In this document: piece by piece, positions 16,883 through 26,359 of the stretch
How positions within the stretch are numbered: the stretch's first letter is position 1
Layout of the letters: each line of letters starts with the position of its first letter
Assembly (NCBI GenBank): GCA_023437715.1
Contig: JAEZFK010000035.1
Span: forward strand, 16,838 to 80,837
Length of the DNA stretch: 64,000 bases
DNA from: Bacillota bacterium
GTDB taxonomy: Bacteria; Bacillota; Clostridia; Lachnospirales; Lachnospiraceae
Direction: 5' to 3'
Notes under the pieces: model-generated
The model's database searches: none
The model's input: only the letters and a program-made list of their open reading frames with translations
What the model was told of the DNA's origin: nothing
Program-made: the position numbers and the translations under genes

Positions 16883-18948
16883 ACGGTAATATTTCCGATT
16901 GCCTGAATCTGGATGTTATTTGCAATCTCATTAAACGAAAGGATGTATACATTGGGATAAAACTGCTCGATCAGGCGGTAAAAATACAGCCTGACCACCT
17001 GGCTCGTGAGAATCACAGGCTTCTGCTCCAAGTCGCTGAATTTCTTTATCTGTTCACCCAGCTGTCCGATAACAGACTGCATCACATCGGGGCTTAAGGC
17101 CAAGTACACGCCCTGCTCTCCCTTTGCCATGCTGCTGATAATATTTTTCTCCAATTCCGCATCCAGGGTCAGGACCCGCATCTGTCCTCCTTCGCAGAAC
17201 ATTCTGGTTATGGTTCTCTTTAATGCCATTCGGATATTTTCCGTAATGACATCCAAATCCCTGGTTGTAGGGAGGGAATCCGCGATGGTTCCAAGGATTG
17301 TTTCCATATCCTTGATGGGAACGCTTTCTTTTAAAAGGCTGTTAAGGATCTTCTGAAGGTTGCCGTAGGTAAACTGGCCCGGAAACAGCTCATCCACCAG
17401 CTCCGGCGAATGCTTCTTCACATTATCCAAAAGCTGCATGACCTCCTGGCGGCCCAGCAGTTCGTGGGCATGCTGTCTTATGGTTTCAGACAAATGGGTC
17501 AGCATAACCGAAAGAGGATCAATGACCGTATATCCGTAGATTTCCGCCATCTCCTTATTTTCAGGCCGGATCCATTTGCTGGGGATGCCGTAAGCAGGCT
17601 CCACTGTCTCGATGCCGTCCACTTCTCCGGAGAGGCTGGGCGGCTCCAGGGCCAGATAATAGTCCACCAGGATCTCTCCTCTGGCTACCTCTTCTCCTCT
17701 GATCTTAATGGTATACTGGTTGGTGTTTAAGCTGGAACTGTCTCTCAGCCGGACCGACGGAATGACAAATCCCATATCCTGGGCATACTGTCTTCGGAAA
17801 ATTACGATTCGGTTGATCATCTTGCCGCCGCTGCTCTCATCGATCAGGGGGATCAGACTGTAGCCGAATTCCATCTCTATGGGCTCCACATTGATGAGAG
17901 AATAAACATTATTCACATCCCGGTAATAGGATTCTTCGTCTGAAGCCGGCTGCTGCTGTTCCTGCATCATGGCAGTTGCCGCTGCCTCCGCAGGCACTGC
18001 GGCTGACTGCTTTACCCTGTGTTCCAGATGGCGTCCGCTGAGCACCAGCACCACGGCCATGACTGCCAGCTGCATTTTCGGCATGCCGGGCACCAGCATC
18101 AGCACGATCATGACAAAGCCTGTGATCATGATGGCCTTTGGCTGGGCAAGGAACTGGGCCGATACGTCTTCGTTCATGCTTCCTTCCGACACGGCTCTCG
18201 TCACCACCATACCGGTGGCCGTGGAAATCAGAAGAGAGGGGATCTGGGAAACAAGTCCGTCACCGACGGTAGCGATGGAATATATGTTCAAAACTTCGTT
18301 AAAAGGCAGATTGGACTGCACCATACCGATGATAGCGCCTCCGATGAAGTTGACGGCGGCAATGATCATGGCCATAATGGCATCACCCTTTACGAACTTG
18401 GTGGCACCGTCCATGGCTCCATAGAAATCCGCCTCTTTCTGAACCTTATAACGCCTCAGTTTTGCTTCCTGCTCATTGATAAGTCCGGAGCCTAAATCCG
18501 CGTCAATGGCCATCTGCTTTCCCGGCATGGCATCCAGGGTAAATCTGGCCGCAACCTCTGACACTCGCTCCGTTCCTTTTGTGATAACGAGGAAGTTCAT
18601 CAATACGATAATGAGGAATATAACAAAACCGACAACAACATTTCCCTGTAATACGAAATCACCGAAAGCCTTGATCACCATACCTGAGGAACCCTGATTG
18701 GACAGAATGTTCCTTGTAGAGGATACATTTAAGCCCAGACGCAGCAGAGTTGTAATCAGGAGCAGGGATGGAAAGATGGAAAATTCCAAAGGCTCTTTTA
18801 TGTTCATGGTTATCAGCAGGATAATCATGGAAAGGGAAATATTTATAATAATCATTACGTCCACGAAAAACGGGGGCAATGGAATGATCAACAGAAGTAC
18901 GATCAAAATAACAAATATTACCACGGAATTTTTCAGTAAATTCTTCAT
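16879..18948 (-). CDS. flhA: Flagellar export protein FlhA
   Basis: RVSEVAARFTLDAMPGKQMAIDADL, FYGAMDGA.KFVKGDA. Confidence 0.98.
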   Translation of the reverse strand: MKNLLKNSVVIFVILIVLLLIIPLPPFFVDVMIIINISLSMIILLITMNIKEPLEFSIFPSLLLITTLLRLGLNVSSTRNILSNQGSSGMVIKAFGDFVLQGNVVVGFVIFLIIVLMNFLVITKGTERVSEVAARFTLDAMPGKQMAIDADLGSGLINEQEAKLRRYKVQKEADFYGAMDGATKFVKGDAIMAMIIAAVNFIGGAIIGMVQSNLPFNEVLNIYSIATVGDGLVSQIPSLLISTATGMVVTRAVSEGSMNEDVSAQFLAQPKAIMITGFVMIVLMLVPGMPKMQLAVMAVVLVLSGRHLEHRVKQSAAVPAEAAATAMMQEQQQPASDEESYYRDVNNVYSLINVEPIEMEFGYSLIPLIDESSGGKMINRIVIFRRQYAQDMGFVIPSVRLRDSSSLNTNQYTIKIRGEEVARGEILVDYYLALEPPSLSGEVDGIETVEPAYGIPSKWIRPENKEMAEIYGYTVIDPLSVMLTHLSETIRQHAHELLGRQEVMQLLDNVKKHSPELVDELFPGQFTYGNLQKILNSLLKESVPIKDMETILGTIADSLPTTRDLDVITENIRMALKRTITRMFCEGGQMRVLTLDAELEKNIISSMAKGEQGVYLALSPDVMQSVIGQLGEQIKKFSDLEQKPVILTSQVVRLYFYRLIEQFYPNVYILSFNEIANNIQIQAIGNITV

Positions 18949-18991
18949 TGTTTTACACCATTTCTTTCAAATCTCTCTGCCGTTTTTTTGT

Positions 18992-20053
18992 CTATTCTAT
19001 GATCTTGTTATTCAACCGGTATACATAAACCAGAATCTCAGCGACCACGCCGTAATACTCGGCAGGAATCTCCCTTCCCACCTGAGTGCTGGCATAAATT
19101 CCTCTGGCCAGAGGCTTATTTTCAAGCACATACACTCCGTTTTCCTCGCCCACAGCTACAATTCGGAGGGCCAGCTCATCTACCCCCTTGGCAACTAAAA
19201 CCGGGGCATTGTCTTTTTCGATATCATAGCGCAGAGCCACCGCATAATGGGTAGGGTTACGCACAATTACATCGGCAGTCGGAACCGCCTGCATCATTCT
19301 GGAACGTGCTCTCTCCCTCTGCAGGCCTCGAATACGCCCTTTGATCTCAGGATTTCCTTCCGTCTGCTTGAATTCTTCCTTTACTTCCTGCTTTGACATC
19401 TTGATCTGGCGTTCATAATCCCACCACTGATAGAAATAGTCAAAGACAGCAATGGCAAGAAAGACGATGGAAACCTTTATGATCATATCCATAATGGCAT
19501 TTAACACATAAACGGAGGATTCTTTTAAATCCATATCAATGGTCCTGGAAACCGCCCTTAAATCCCCTTTTATGATCTGGTAAAGGATCACTGCCAGTAT
19601 AACGATCTTTATGATATTTTTTATAAGCTCCATCAGGCTTTTTAAAGATACCATATTCTGGATTCCACGAAGCGGATTTAATTTGCTGAACTTGGGGGCC
19701 AGATTGCTTTTTGTAAAAAGAAATCTCGTCTGAACCCCTGTTCCCAAAACAGCCAGGACTACTGCGATTATAAGTATTGGAAGCGCGGATCTGGCAACTG
19801 CGCCAACCGTATCCCAAAAGATGTTCACGGTGTAATCAGATATGGTTTCGGCCTCCGGCGCAAGGCTCAAATACTTAATCATATAATCCCGCAAGGTCCG
19901 GTACATCAGAGGAAACAGCACCCTTAACATCAGGAATATTCCAAGAAGGGAAATGACCATCACCACATCCTTACTGACAGCAACATGACCTTTCTTTCGT
20001 TCATCCCGCCGCCTTTTCGGTGTGGCTTTCTCAGTTTTTGAATCACCTGGCAT
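18992..20053 (-). CDS. flhB: Flagellar export switch protein FlhB
   Basis: KTEKATPKR; NPTH autocleavage motif. Confidence 0.98.
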   Translation of the reverse strand: MPGDSKTEKATPKRRRDERKKGHVAVSKDVVMVISLLGIFLMLRVLFPLMYRTLRDYMIKYLSLAPEAETISDYTVNIFWDTVGAVARSALPILIIAVVLAVLGTGVQTRFLFTKSNLAPKFSKLNPLRGIQNMVSLKSLMELIKNIIKIVILAVILYQIIKGDLRAVSRTIDMDLKESSVYVLNAIMDMIIKVSIVFLAIAVFDYFYQWWDYERQIKMSKQEVKEEFKQTEGNPEIKGRIRGLQRERARSRMMQAVPTADVIVRNPTHYAVALRYDIEKDNAPVLVAKGVDELALRIVAVGEENGVYVLENKPLARGIYASTQVGREIPAEYYGVVAEILVYVYRLNNKIIE

Positions 20054-20077
20054 TGACTTTCATCACATCCTTTTCAC

Positions 20078-20839
20078 TCATAAGAGTTTTATTATATCCT
20101 GAACCGTCAAGAGCATCTTGCTTATTATGTCGCCCAGATAATCTGACATGGGTGAAAACAGAAAAATCAACATCAGAATGCCAATTATGATCTTGGCCTG
20201 TATATTTACTACAAATACATTAATCTGCGGTATCATTTTCATCAGAATTCCTACTGCAATTTCCGTGATAAATTCTATGGCAATGATGGGAAAGGCAAAT
20301 TTGACCGCCATGACGATGCACAGGCTGAAAATTTCCGTTACAGCCCACGCTGCATTGGCTCCTATGACCACCTGACCGTAGGGAACCACATCTGCCGATG
20401 TGATCAAAAGCTTTAAAAGAGCCAGATGACCGTCCACCGCAAAGAACAGCATAACAAGATAGGCATTGTAAACGCCGCCGGTAATAGCGACCTGAGCATT
20501 GCTCTGAGGATCATAAATGGTCGCCATGGAAAGCCCCATCTGGAAATCAATCACTGAGCCTGCAAAGGTAATGATCATGAAAAACAGTTCCATGATAAAA
20601 CCGATAACATATCCGAAAGCAAATTCTTTCAAAAGAAGCACCGCAAACTCTATGGAGTTAACCGGTTCCGGCACCTGGGCCGCAGAATAGGAATATATGA
20701 GCAGCGTGAATACCATAATCATTCCGCCTTTTACATTAGCCGGAACATTTCTTCTCCCAAAAACAGGATTCATCAGAACGAAGCCTGACATCCTCATAAA
20801 AATCAGGGAAAACAGCATCATCTGTCCTATATCTGGCAT
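20078..20839 (-). CDS. fliR: Export gate protein FliR
   Basis: AGSVIDFQMG, PQINVF; hydrophobic. Confidence 0.96.
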   Translation of the reverse strand: MPDIGQMMLFSLIFMRMSGFVLMNPVFGRRNVPANVKGGMIMVFTLLIYSYSAAQVPEPVNSIEFAVLLLKEFAFGYVIGFIMELFFMIITFAGSVIDFQMGLSMATIYDPQSNAQVAITGGVYNAYLVMLFFAVDGHLALLKLLITSADVVPYGQVVIGANAAWAVTEIFSLCIVMAVKFAFPIIAIEFITEIAVGILMKMIPQINVFVVNIQAKIIIGILMLIFLFSPMSDYLGDIISKMLLTVQDIIKLL

Positions 20840-20867
20840 TTGAATCTTCCTCTCTTCTGCTTTCCTT

Positions 20868-21128
20868 TTATACTAGCATAGTGCTGAAAATATGTACTGT
20901 AAAATCGCGGAGCGAATCCATCATATTGCTGCCAAAAATCAAAAGCATCAGCCCGATTACCAGCAGCTTTGGCACGAAAGTAATGGTTTGCTCATGAATC
21001 TGGGTCGCCGCCTGTAAAATGGAAATGATGACGCCCACCACCATACTTACCACAAGAACCGGTCCGCCAAGTCTGGCTACCAGGCCGAACATTTCATACA
21101 TCAGTCCGCTAAGCGCTGTTTCCGTCAT
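20868..21128 (-). CDS. fliQ: Export gate protein FliQ
   Basis: QAATQIHEQTITFVPK. Confidence 0.97.
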   Translation of the reverse strand: MTETALSGLMYEMFGLVARLGGPVLVVSMVVGVIISILQAATQIHEQTITFVPKLLVIGLMLLIFGSNMMDSLRDFTVHIFSTMLV

Positions 21129-21143
21129 TTTCTATTCCTCCCA

Positions 21144-21806
21144 TCAGTAATGAAAGCTGGTGACCAAATTTTTAAACAGAAGCTCCCAGCCGTTAACTGT
21201 CACAAATAAAAGAAGCTTAAAGGGCAGGGAGATCATGGCAGGAGGAAGCATAACCATACCCATGGACATCAAAGTCGTGGATACAATAATATCCACCAGC
21301 ATAAAGGGCAGGAAGATCATAAATCCGGCCGTAAATGCCCGTTTTAACTCCGAGGTCATAAAGGAAGGGATTACCACTGTCATGGGGACATCTTCGATGT
21401 TCTCCGGCTTCGTTGTACCTGACATGTCTAAAAACAGATTAAGGGTCTCTGTCTCCGTCTGCTTCAGCATAAACCTCTTCATGGGGACCTGAGCCCTTTT
21501 TAATGCTTCTCCCTGGGTGATTTCCTCTTTTATGTAAGGCTGGTAGGCATTGGTGTTCACATCCTTTATAACCGGGTCCATGATGAACAAAGTTAAAAAT
21601 AAAGCGATACCCACCAACACCATATTCGGAGGTGTCTGCTGAACTCCCAGAGCATTTCTGGTAAAAGACAAGATAATGACAATCCTGGTAAAGGACGTCA
21701 TCATCACTAAAATAGAAGGCATCAATGAAATGATGGTCAGAATGAGGAAAAGCTCCAGGGTTGGCACCCGGCCGCCATTAATATTAATCAAGGCATCTGT
21801 ATTCAT
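21144..21806 (-). CDS. fliP: Export gate protein FliP
   Basis: TSFTRI, QQTPPN, SELKRAF, MGMVMLPP..ISLPFKLLLFV. Confidence 0.97.
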   Translation of the reverse strand: MNTDALININGGRVPTLELFLILTIISLMPSILVMMTSFTRIVIILSFTRNALGVQQTPPNMVLVGIALFLTLFIMDPVIKDVNTNAYQPYIKEEITQGEALKRAQVPMKRFMLKQTETETLNLFLDMSGTTKPENIEDVPMTVVIPSFMTSELKRAFTAGFMIFLPFMLVDIIVSTTLMSMGMVMLPPAMISLPFKLLLFVTVNGWELLFKNLVTSFHY

Positions 21807-21817
21807 TCCATTCCTCC

Positions 21818-22177
21818 TCACACATCTTTTGTGTGTCTGTCCTTATATTTCTTCAATATATTTTTAAAACTTTCGTATCCTACCGCCCCTGTCTGGGGTG
21901 GGAAATCAGATACTCCTTTCTGGACATCCTCTTCGGAAAGCTCTGACAGAAAGGTGATCTGGGAAGAGGCAATGCCGATGAGGTAGTAACGGCTGCCCAC
22001 ACGAATGATCGCAACCGATTTATCCTGAGCAAGCGGAAGCCTGTCCAGCATCTGCATATTCGTTCCTCTTTGCTTCATTCCCATCCCTTTTCCAAGACTC
22101 TTCGTAAATACATAACTTAAGTACAGGATCAGAGCGGTAAGGATTAACACCGATGCCAGACTGATTATACTGTCCAA
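21818..22177 (-). CDS. fliO: Flagellar biosynthesis protein FliO/FliZ
   Basis: One N-terminal TM, LDRLPLAQDKSV.IIRVG; upstream of fliP; TTG start. Confidence 0.88.
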   Translation of the reverse strand: MDSIISLASVLILTALILYLSYVFTKSLGKGMGMKQRGTNMQMLDRLPLAQDKSVAIIRVGSRYYLIGIASSQITFLSELSEEDVQKGVSDFPPQTGAVGYESFKNILKKYKDRHTKDV

Positions 22178-22194
22178 ATACAGTCACTCCCTCT

Positions 22195-23556
22195 CTATCC
22201 GATATTCCGTTTAACAATCTCCGTAATACGAATGCCAAAGTTATCGTCAACCACCACCACATCGCCTTTTGCTATGCACTGGCCGTTTACATATAAGTCC
22301 ACCTGATCACCGGCAAGCTTGTCCAGAACAACCAGGGAACCCTTGCTGAATTCAAGAATATCCTTTACCAGTTTTCTGGTTCTGCCGATTTCTACGGACA
22401 CCTCAAGAGGAACTCCCATAATCAGTTCCCTGTTTTCTTCCTGTTCCTCATAGCTCACTGCTGATTCTTTTAAGCTGTTCTGAGGAATTGGCTTTACATT
22501 TATTGTCTTCGGTTCCTGAGCCTCTTTCTGAGGCTGGTTCTGCTGACCTGCCTGCATCTGCATCATCATCTGCTGCATCTGGGCTATCATTTGTTGCTGC
22601 ATCTGCATCTGAGCTATCATCTGGTTCATATCAATTCCACCTGCAATAGGAGCCGCGTATGCCTGGGGTGCAACCGAAGCTGCTGCCTGGGCCGACGCTG
22701 CCGACTGATCTGGTACTGCCTGGGCCGGTGCTGCTGCCTGAGCGAAAACCGGTTCCGGCACCGGTTCTGGTTCTGAAACCGGTATTGGTGCAGCCTCCGC
22801 TGCCGAAGAAAAGCTTCCTGCCAGAAGCCGCTCTATCTCCTCCTGGGAAAGCATTCCGCCTGATGACGGAGCCGGAGCTTCTTCCTTTACCTCAGGCTGC
22901 TGTGTCTGAGCCTGGACCGGAGCTGGAATAGGAGCGGGTTCGGGTTCTTCCATTTCCATGACCTCCTGCGGGAAAAATCCTGCGACCAGTTCCTTTGCCA
23001 GGAACGGAGGCATTACATTGATGAATTCACTTTCCAGCCGGTCAGCGATCTTTAATGTAAATCCGATGACCACCATGGAATTATCATCATGATAATATTT
23101 TTCCTTAAAATCTTCGATATCGCTGATTTCAAAGGACTGAGGCGTGGAAATATTCACCGTCTTGCTTAAAAATTCAGACAAAGCTGTGGCGGACGCCCCC
23201 ATCATCTGATTCATAACCTCACAGATCGCACTGATATTCAGTTCGTTTAATTCAAACTCTTCCTCCGGAGTTTCCATCCCCATCAGCATATCTACGATCA
23301 CTTTTACATCATGCTTCTTAAGAAGCATAATATTACTTCCGCTAAGCCCTGCGATATAGGTAATCTCTACCCCCACTGCCGGCTCCAGATTTGAAATTTC
23401 AAATTCATCCTTGGACAATACCCTGACCACCGGCGTGGTAATATCAACTCTGGCACTGAGCATGGTGGATACCGCGGTAGCCGAAGCTCCCAGGCTTATA
23501 TTTAATATTTCACCTATGGCATCAATCTCAAATGCGCTAAAATTTTTCGAATCCAT
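22195..23556 (-). CDS. fliY: Motor switch phosphatase FliY (CheC-like + FliN domain)
   Basis: Two ExxN sites (GEILN, CEVMN); C-terminal VPLEVSVEIGRT...GDVVVVDDNFGIRITEI. Confidence 0.93.
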   Translation of the reverse strand: MDSKNFSAFEIDAIGEILNISLGASATAVSTMLSARVDITTPVVRVLSKDEFEISNLEPAVGVEITYIAGLSGSNIMLLKKHDVKVIVDMLMGMETPEEEFELNELNISAICEVMNQMMGASATALSEFLSKTVNISTPQSFEISDIEDFKEKYYHDDNSMVVIGFTLKIADRLESEFINVMPPFLAKELVAGFFPQEVMEMEEPEPAPIPAPVQAQTQQPEVKEEAPAPSSGGMLSQEEIERLLAGSFSSAAEAAPIPVSEPEPVPEPVFAQAAAPAQAVPDQSAASAQAAASVAPQAYAAPIAGGIDMNQMIAQMQMQQQMIAQMQQMMMQMQAGQQNQPQKEAQEPKTINVKPIPQNSLKESAVSYEEQEENRELIMGVPLEVSVEIGRTRKLVKDILEFSKGSLVVLDKLAGDQVDLYVNGQCIAKGDVVVVDDNFGIRITEIVKRNIG

Positions 23557-23606
23557 GCATCTTTTCTCCCTTTATACTCATTTAGCCCTCTATGCCATGT
23601 TACGCG

Positions 23607-24053
23607 TTACTTCCCTATTTCCAAGGCCTTGGAAGCCATCATCTTTATGGCATTGAACGCCGTGATATTCGCTTCATAAGACCGGGTAGCGGACATGCTG
23701 TCTACGGTTTCCTTAATCAGATCCACATTCGGCATCTGAACGTAACCGTTCTCATCTGCATCCGGATGTTCGGGGTTATAAACGGACTTAAAGGGACTGG
23801 TGTCTTCCACGACTTGGGCAACTCTGACACCGCCTGCACTCTGCTGCCTGCTTATTCCGGCGGCATTCATCAGGGTTTTCCGAAAATTATTCTCATTCTT
23901 GGATTCAAGAACTACCATCTTTCTCTGATAGGGTCCACCGGCTTCTGTCCTTGTGGTATCAATATTCGCAATGTTTTCTGATGCGATATCCAGCCGAAGG
24001 CGCTGCGCGGTCATTCCTGACGCACTGATGTTCATAGAACTTAAAAAAGACAT
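23607..24053 (-). CDS. flgC: Basal-body rod protein FlgC
   Basis: SASGMTAQRLRLD..ENIAN, GPYQRK, YNPEHPDADENGYV.MPNV, RSYEAN. Confidence 0.98.
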   Translation of the reverse strand: MSFLSSMNISASGMTAQRLRLDIASENIANIDTTRTEAGGPYQRKMVVLESKNENNFRKTLMNAAGISRQQSAGGVRVAQVVEDTSPFKSVYNPEHPDADENGYVQMPNVDLIKETVDSMSATRSYEANITAFNAIKMMASKALEIGK

Positions 24054-24077
24054 ATGTACCCTCCTGTCATATCACAA

Positions 24078-24437
24078 TTATCCGATGATACCTGTAACTG
24101 TTTTCAGAATTCTGTCAGGCTTAAAGGGTTTTACGATAAAGTCCTTTGCGCCGGATTTAATCGCTTCAATTACCATACTCTCCTGACCCATGGCGGAACA
24201 CATGACAACCACCGCATTTGGGGACTTCGCCTTAATGGTTTTTAAAGCCTCCAGTCCATCCATGTTCGGCATGGTAATATCCATGATTACTAAATCAGGG
24301 TTGATCTCGGAATACATCTGTACTGCCTGAGCACCGTCAGAAGCCTCATAAAGGTCTGTGTACCCGTTTTTTGTAAGAGTATCCTTAATCATCATTCTCA
24401 TAAATGCTGCATCATCTACCAATAGTATTTTTGCCAT
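24078..24437 (-). CDS. cheY: Chemotaxis response regulator CheY
   Basis: VDDAAFMRMMIK, MDITMP, CSAMGQ, FIVKPF. Confidence 0.97.
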   Translation of the reverse strand: MAKILLVDDAAFMRMMIKDTLTKNGYTDLYEASDGAQAVQMYSEINPDLVIMDITMPNMDGLEALKTIKAKSPNAVVVMCSAMGQESMVIEAIKSGAKDFIVKPFKPDRILKTVTGIIG

Positions 24438-24494
24438 TTCTTTACATCTCCTTTTATCATCCTTAATTCTTTAATTCTTTATATAATCCCTGAC

Positions 24495-25514
24495 TCAGTT
24501 TTCACCGGCCTGGTTATTTCCTTTTTCAGCGAGCTCCTCAATCTGAACCGCAACATTCCGTTTATGGACACCTAACTGGCCCTTAAACCACGGCTGGCCT
24601 TCCACATACAGCTGTACGTTGGAATCCTTGGGCGTATTTAAGTTAATCACATCGCCCACATGGAGATTATATACATCATCCAGACTTATTACGGCCTCAC
24701 CGACCTGAGCCTGAACCAGTAAATCAGAAGCCTTGATGCTGTTCATGATATCAAGCTGATTATCCTGATTGTTATCTTCCATTCCCATGGCGTTATGCTT
24801 GCGCCTGTCTATAATATTGAAAATGTTCATGAGCAGGTTGCCGGGAATACAGATATTCAGCTTTCCGGAGCACTCTTTTAAAATTACGTCAATGACAATA
24901 ATTACAACGGTCTCATCCACACCGATTTCCTGAAACATGCCTGAGTTTTCTTCCAGCCTGTCCATGGTAAAGTTCAGGTTGATATAGCTGGCCCAGGAAT
25001 CTCTCAGAGCCCCGATGATATACTGAATGATTTTCCGGTACAGAGCCGTCTCGATTTCCGTATAAACGTAGGAGGTGTCGTCAATCATATCATCTCCCAC
25101 TCCGCCCAGCATCCGGTCTATAAGGCTTAACATCAGCGGCATACTGATATTGATTAAAACCGGCGGATTTTTCGAGTTATCCGGCAGAGCAACATTGACA
25201 ACGGTGAGAACATCGCTGTCGCTTAATGCATTGCTGAACTCATAATACCGCTGCTCCTCCACCGCCACCACCGATAATTCACTGGAGGTACGGAACAGGC
25301 TGTTGATCTGAGATCCCGCAATTCTGGAATAATTCTCAAATATGTTCTTTAAAATTCTCAGCTTGTCTTTTGTGAATTTTTTAGGACTGTTAAAGTCGTA
25401 CTTTCTGTATTTTATTTCACTTTCTTTTTTTTCAATCTCGTCGATGGGCTCACCATTTCCCTGCAGGGAATTGAGCAATGCATCAATCTGACTTTGGGAT
25501 AATACTTCAGCCAT
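24495..25514 (-). CDS. fliM: Motor switch protein FliM
   Basis: VLSQSQIDALL, YDF.SP.KF.K, DRMLGG.G. Confidence 0.97.
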   Translation of the reverse strand: MAEVLSQSQIDALLNSLQGNGEPIDEIEKKESEIKYRKYDFNSPKKFTKDKLRILKNIFENYSRIAGSQINSLFRTSSELSVVAVEEQRYYEFSNALSDSDVLTVVNVALPDNSKNPPVLINISMPLMLSLIDRMLGGVGDDMIDDTSYVYTEIETALYRKIIQYIIGALRDSWASYINLNFTMDRLEENSGMFQEIGVDETVVIIVIDVILKECSGKLNICIPGNLLMNIFNIIDRRKHNAMGMEDNNQDNQLDIMNSIKASDLLVQAQVGEAVISLDDVYNLHVGDVINLNTPKDSNVQLYVEGQPWFKGQLGVHKRNVAVQIEELAEKGNNQAGEN

Positions 25515-25536
25515 CTGTTTCACTCCCGTTTTTGAT

Positions 25537-26310
25537 TTAATTGTCCGTATCTTCCTGATAGTTGTGATACACCTGATCGTAATACTCTTCCAGGCTCTTT
25601 TCTTTCATGCCGCTTTTTGTTATCAGGATCTCCACGCGACGGTTTTTGGCTCGTCCTTCTTCCGTATCAAATGGTGCAATGGGACGGAACTGGCCAAAGC
25701 TCATACCCACCAGCTTTTCCGGTGAAACGGCATTTTTACTTTGGAGATAGATAATAACTTCCGCAGACCGCTGGGCAGACAGCATTCTGTCGTTGCGGAT
25801 ATTATTGGTTTTTTCGGGGCTTGCCTGAGATGTGTGCCCCAGTATCTTTACTTCTTTTATCATGTGATTTGCCTGTGACATAGCGGCAGCAAACTGGTCG
25901 AGAACATCCTTTCCTTCCTGCCTGAGGACTGAACCGTCTCCGTCAAAAAATACTGTATCACGAAACGAAATAAATGTGAAGCCATCGCCCTGTGTAATTT
26001 CTACAACATCCTGTATATTTCGCTCCTCAACGACTTTTTTCAAAGCCGGATACAGATCGTCAAAGCTTGTAATATCTTTGCCCCCGGCAGACAGGGAATT
26101 TGCTTCGCCTTCACCGGCGTTCCCTACTGTCTGATCCTGGCTTTCCCGGGCGCTTGGATCCAGGCTTTTTACCAGCATCCTCCATTTATTCTGGTCAACG
26201 GAAGATGTGGAGTATAAAAGAACAAAAAAGCACAACAGCAATGTTACCAGGTATCCATAGGTTTCCATCCAGCTTCCCAGTTCTTCCGGCTTCTTATTCC
26301 TCTTAATCAT
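25537..26310 (-). CDS. motB: Stator protein MotB (conserved TM Asp replaced by Tyr)
   Basis: WMETYGYLVTLLLCFFVLLY TM; OmpA-like GHT...LSAQR...NRRVEI; follows motA. Confidence 0.93.
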   Translation of the reverse strand: MIKRNKKPEELGSWMETYGYLVTLLLCFFVLLYSTSSVDQNKWRMLVKSLDPSARESQDQTVGNAGEGEANSLSAGGKDITSFDDLYPALKKVVEERNIQDVVEITQGDGFTFISFRDTVFFDGDGSVLRQEGKDVLDQFAAAMSQANHMIKEVKILGHTSQASPEKTNNIRNDRMLSAQRSAEVIIYLQSKNAVSPEKLVGMSFGQFRPIAPFDTEEGRAKNRRVEILITKSGMKEKSLEEYYDQVYHNYQEDTDN

Positions 26311-26359
26311 CTAACCACCTGTTTCCATTTTCATGACCGCCATAATTCAAAGGGGCTCT

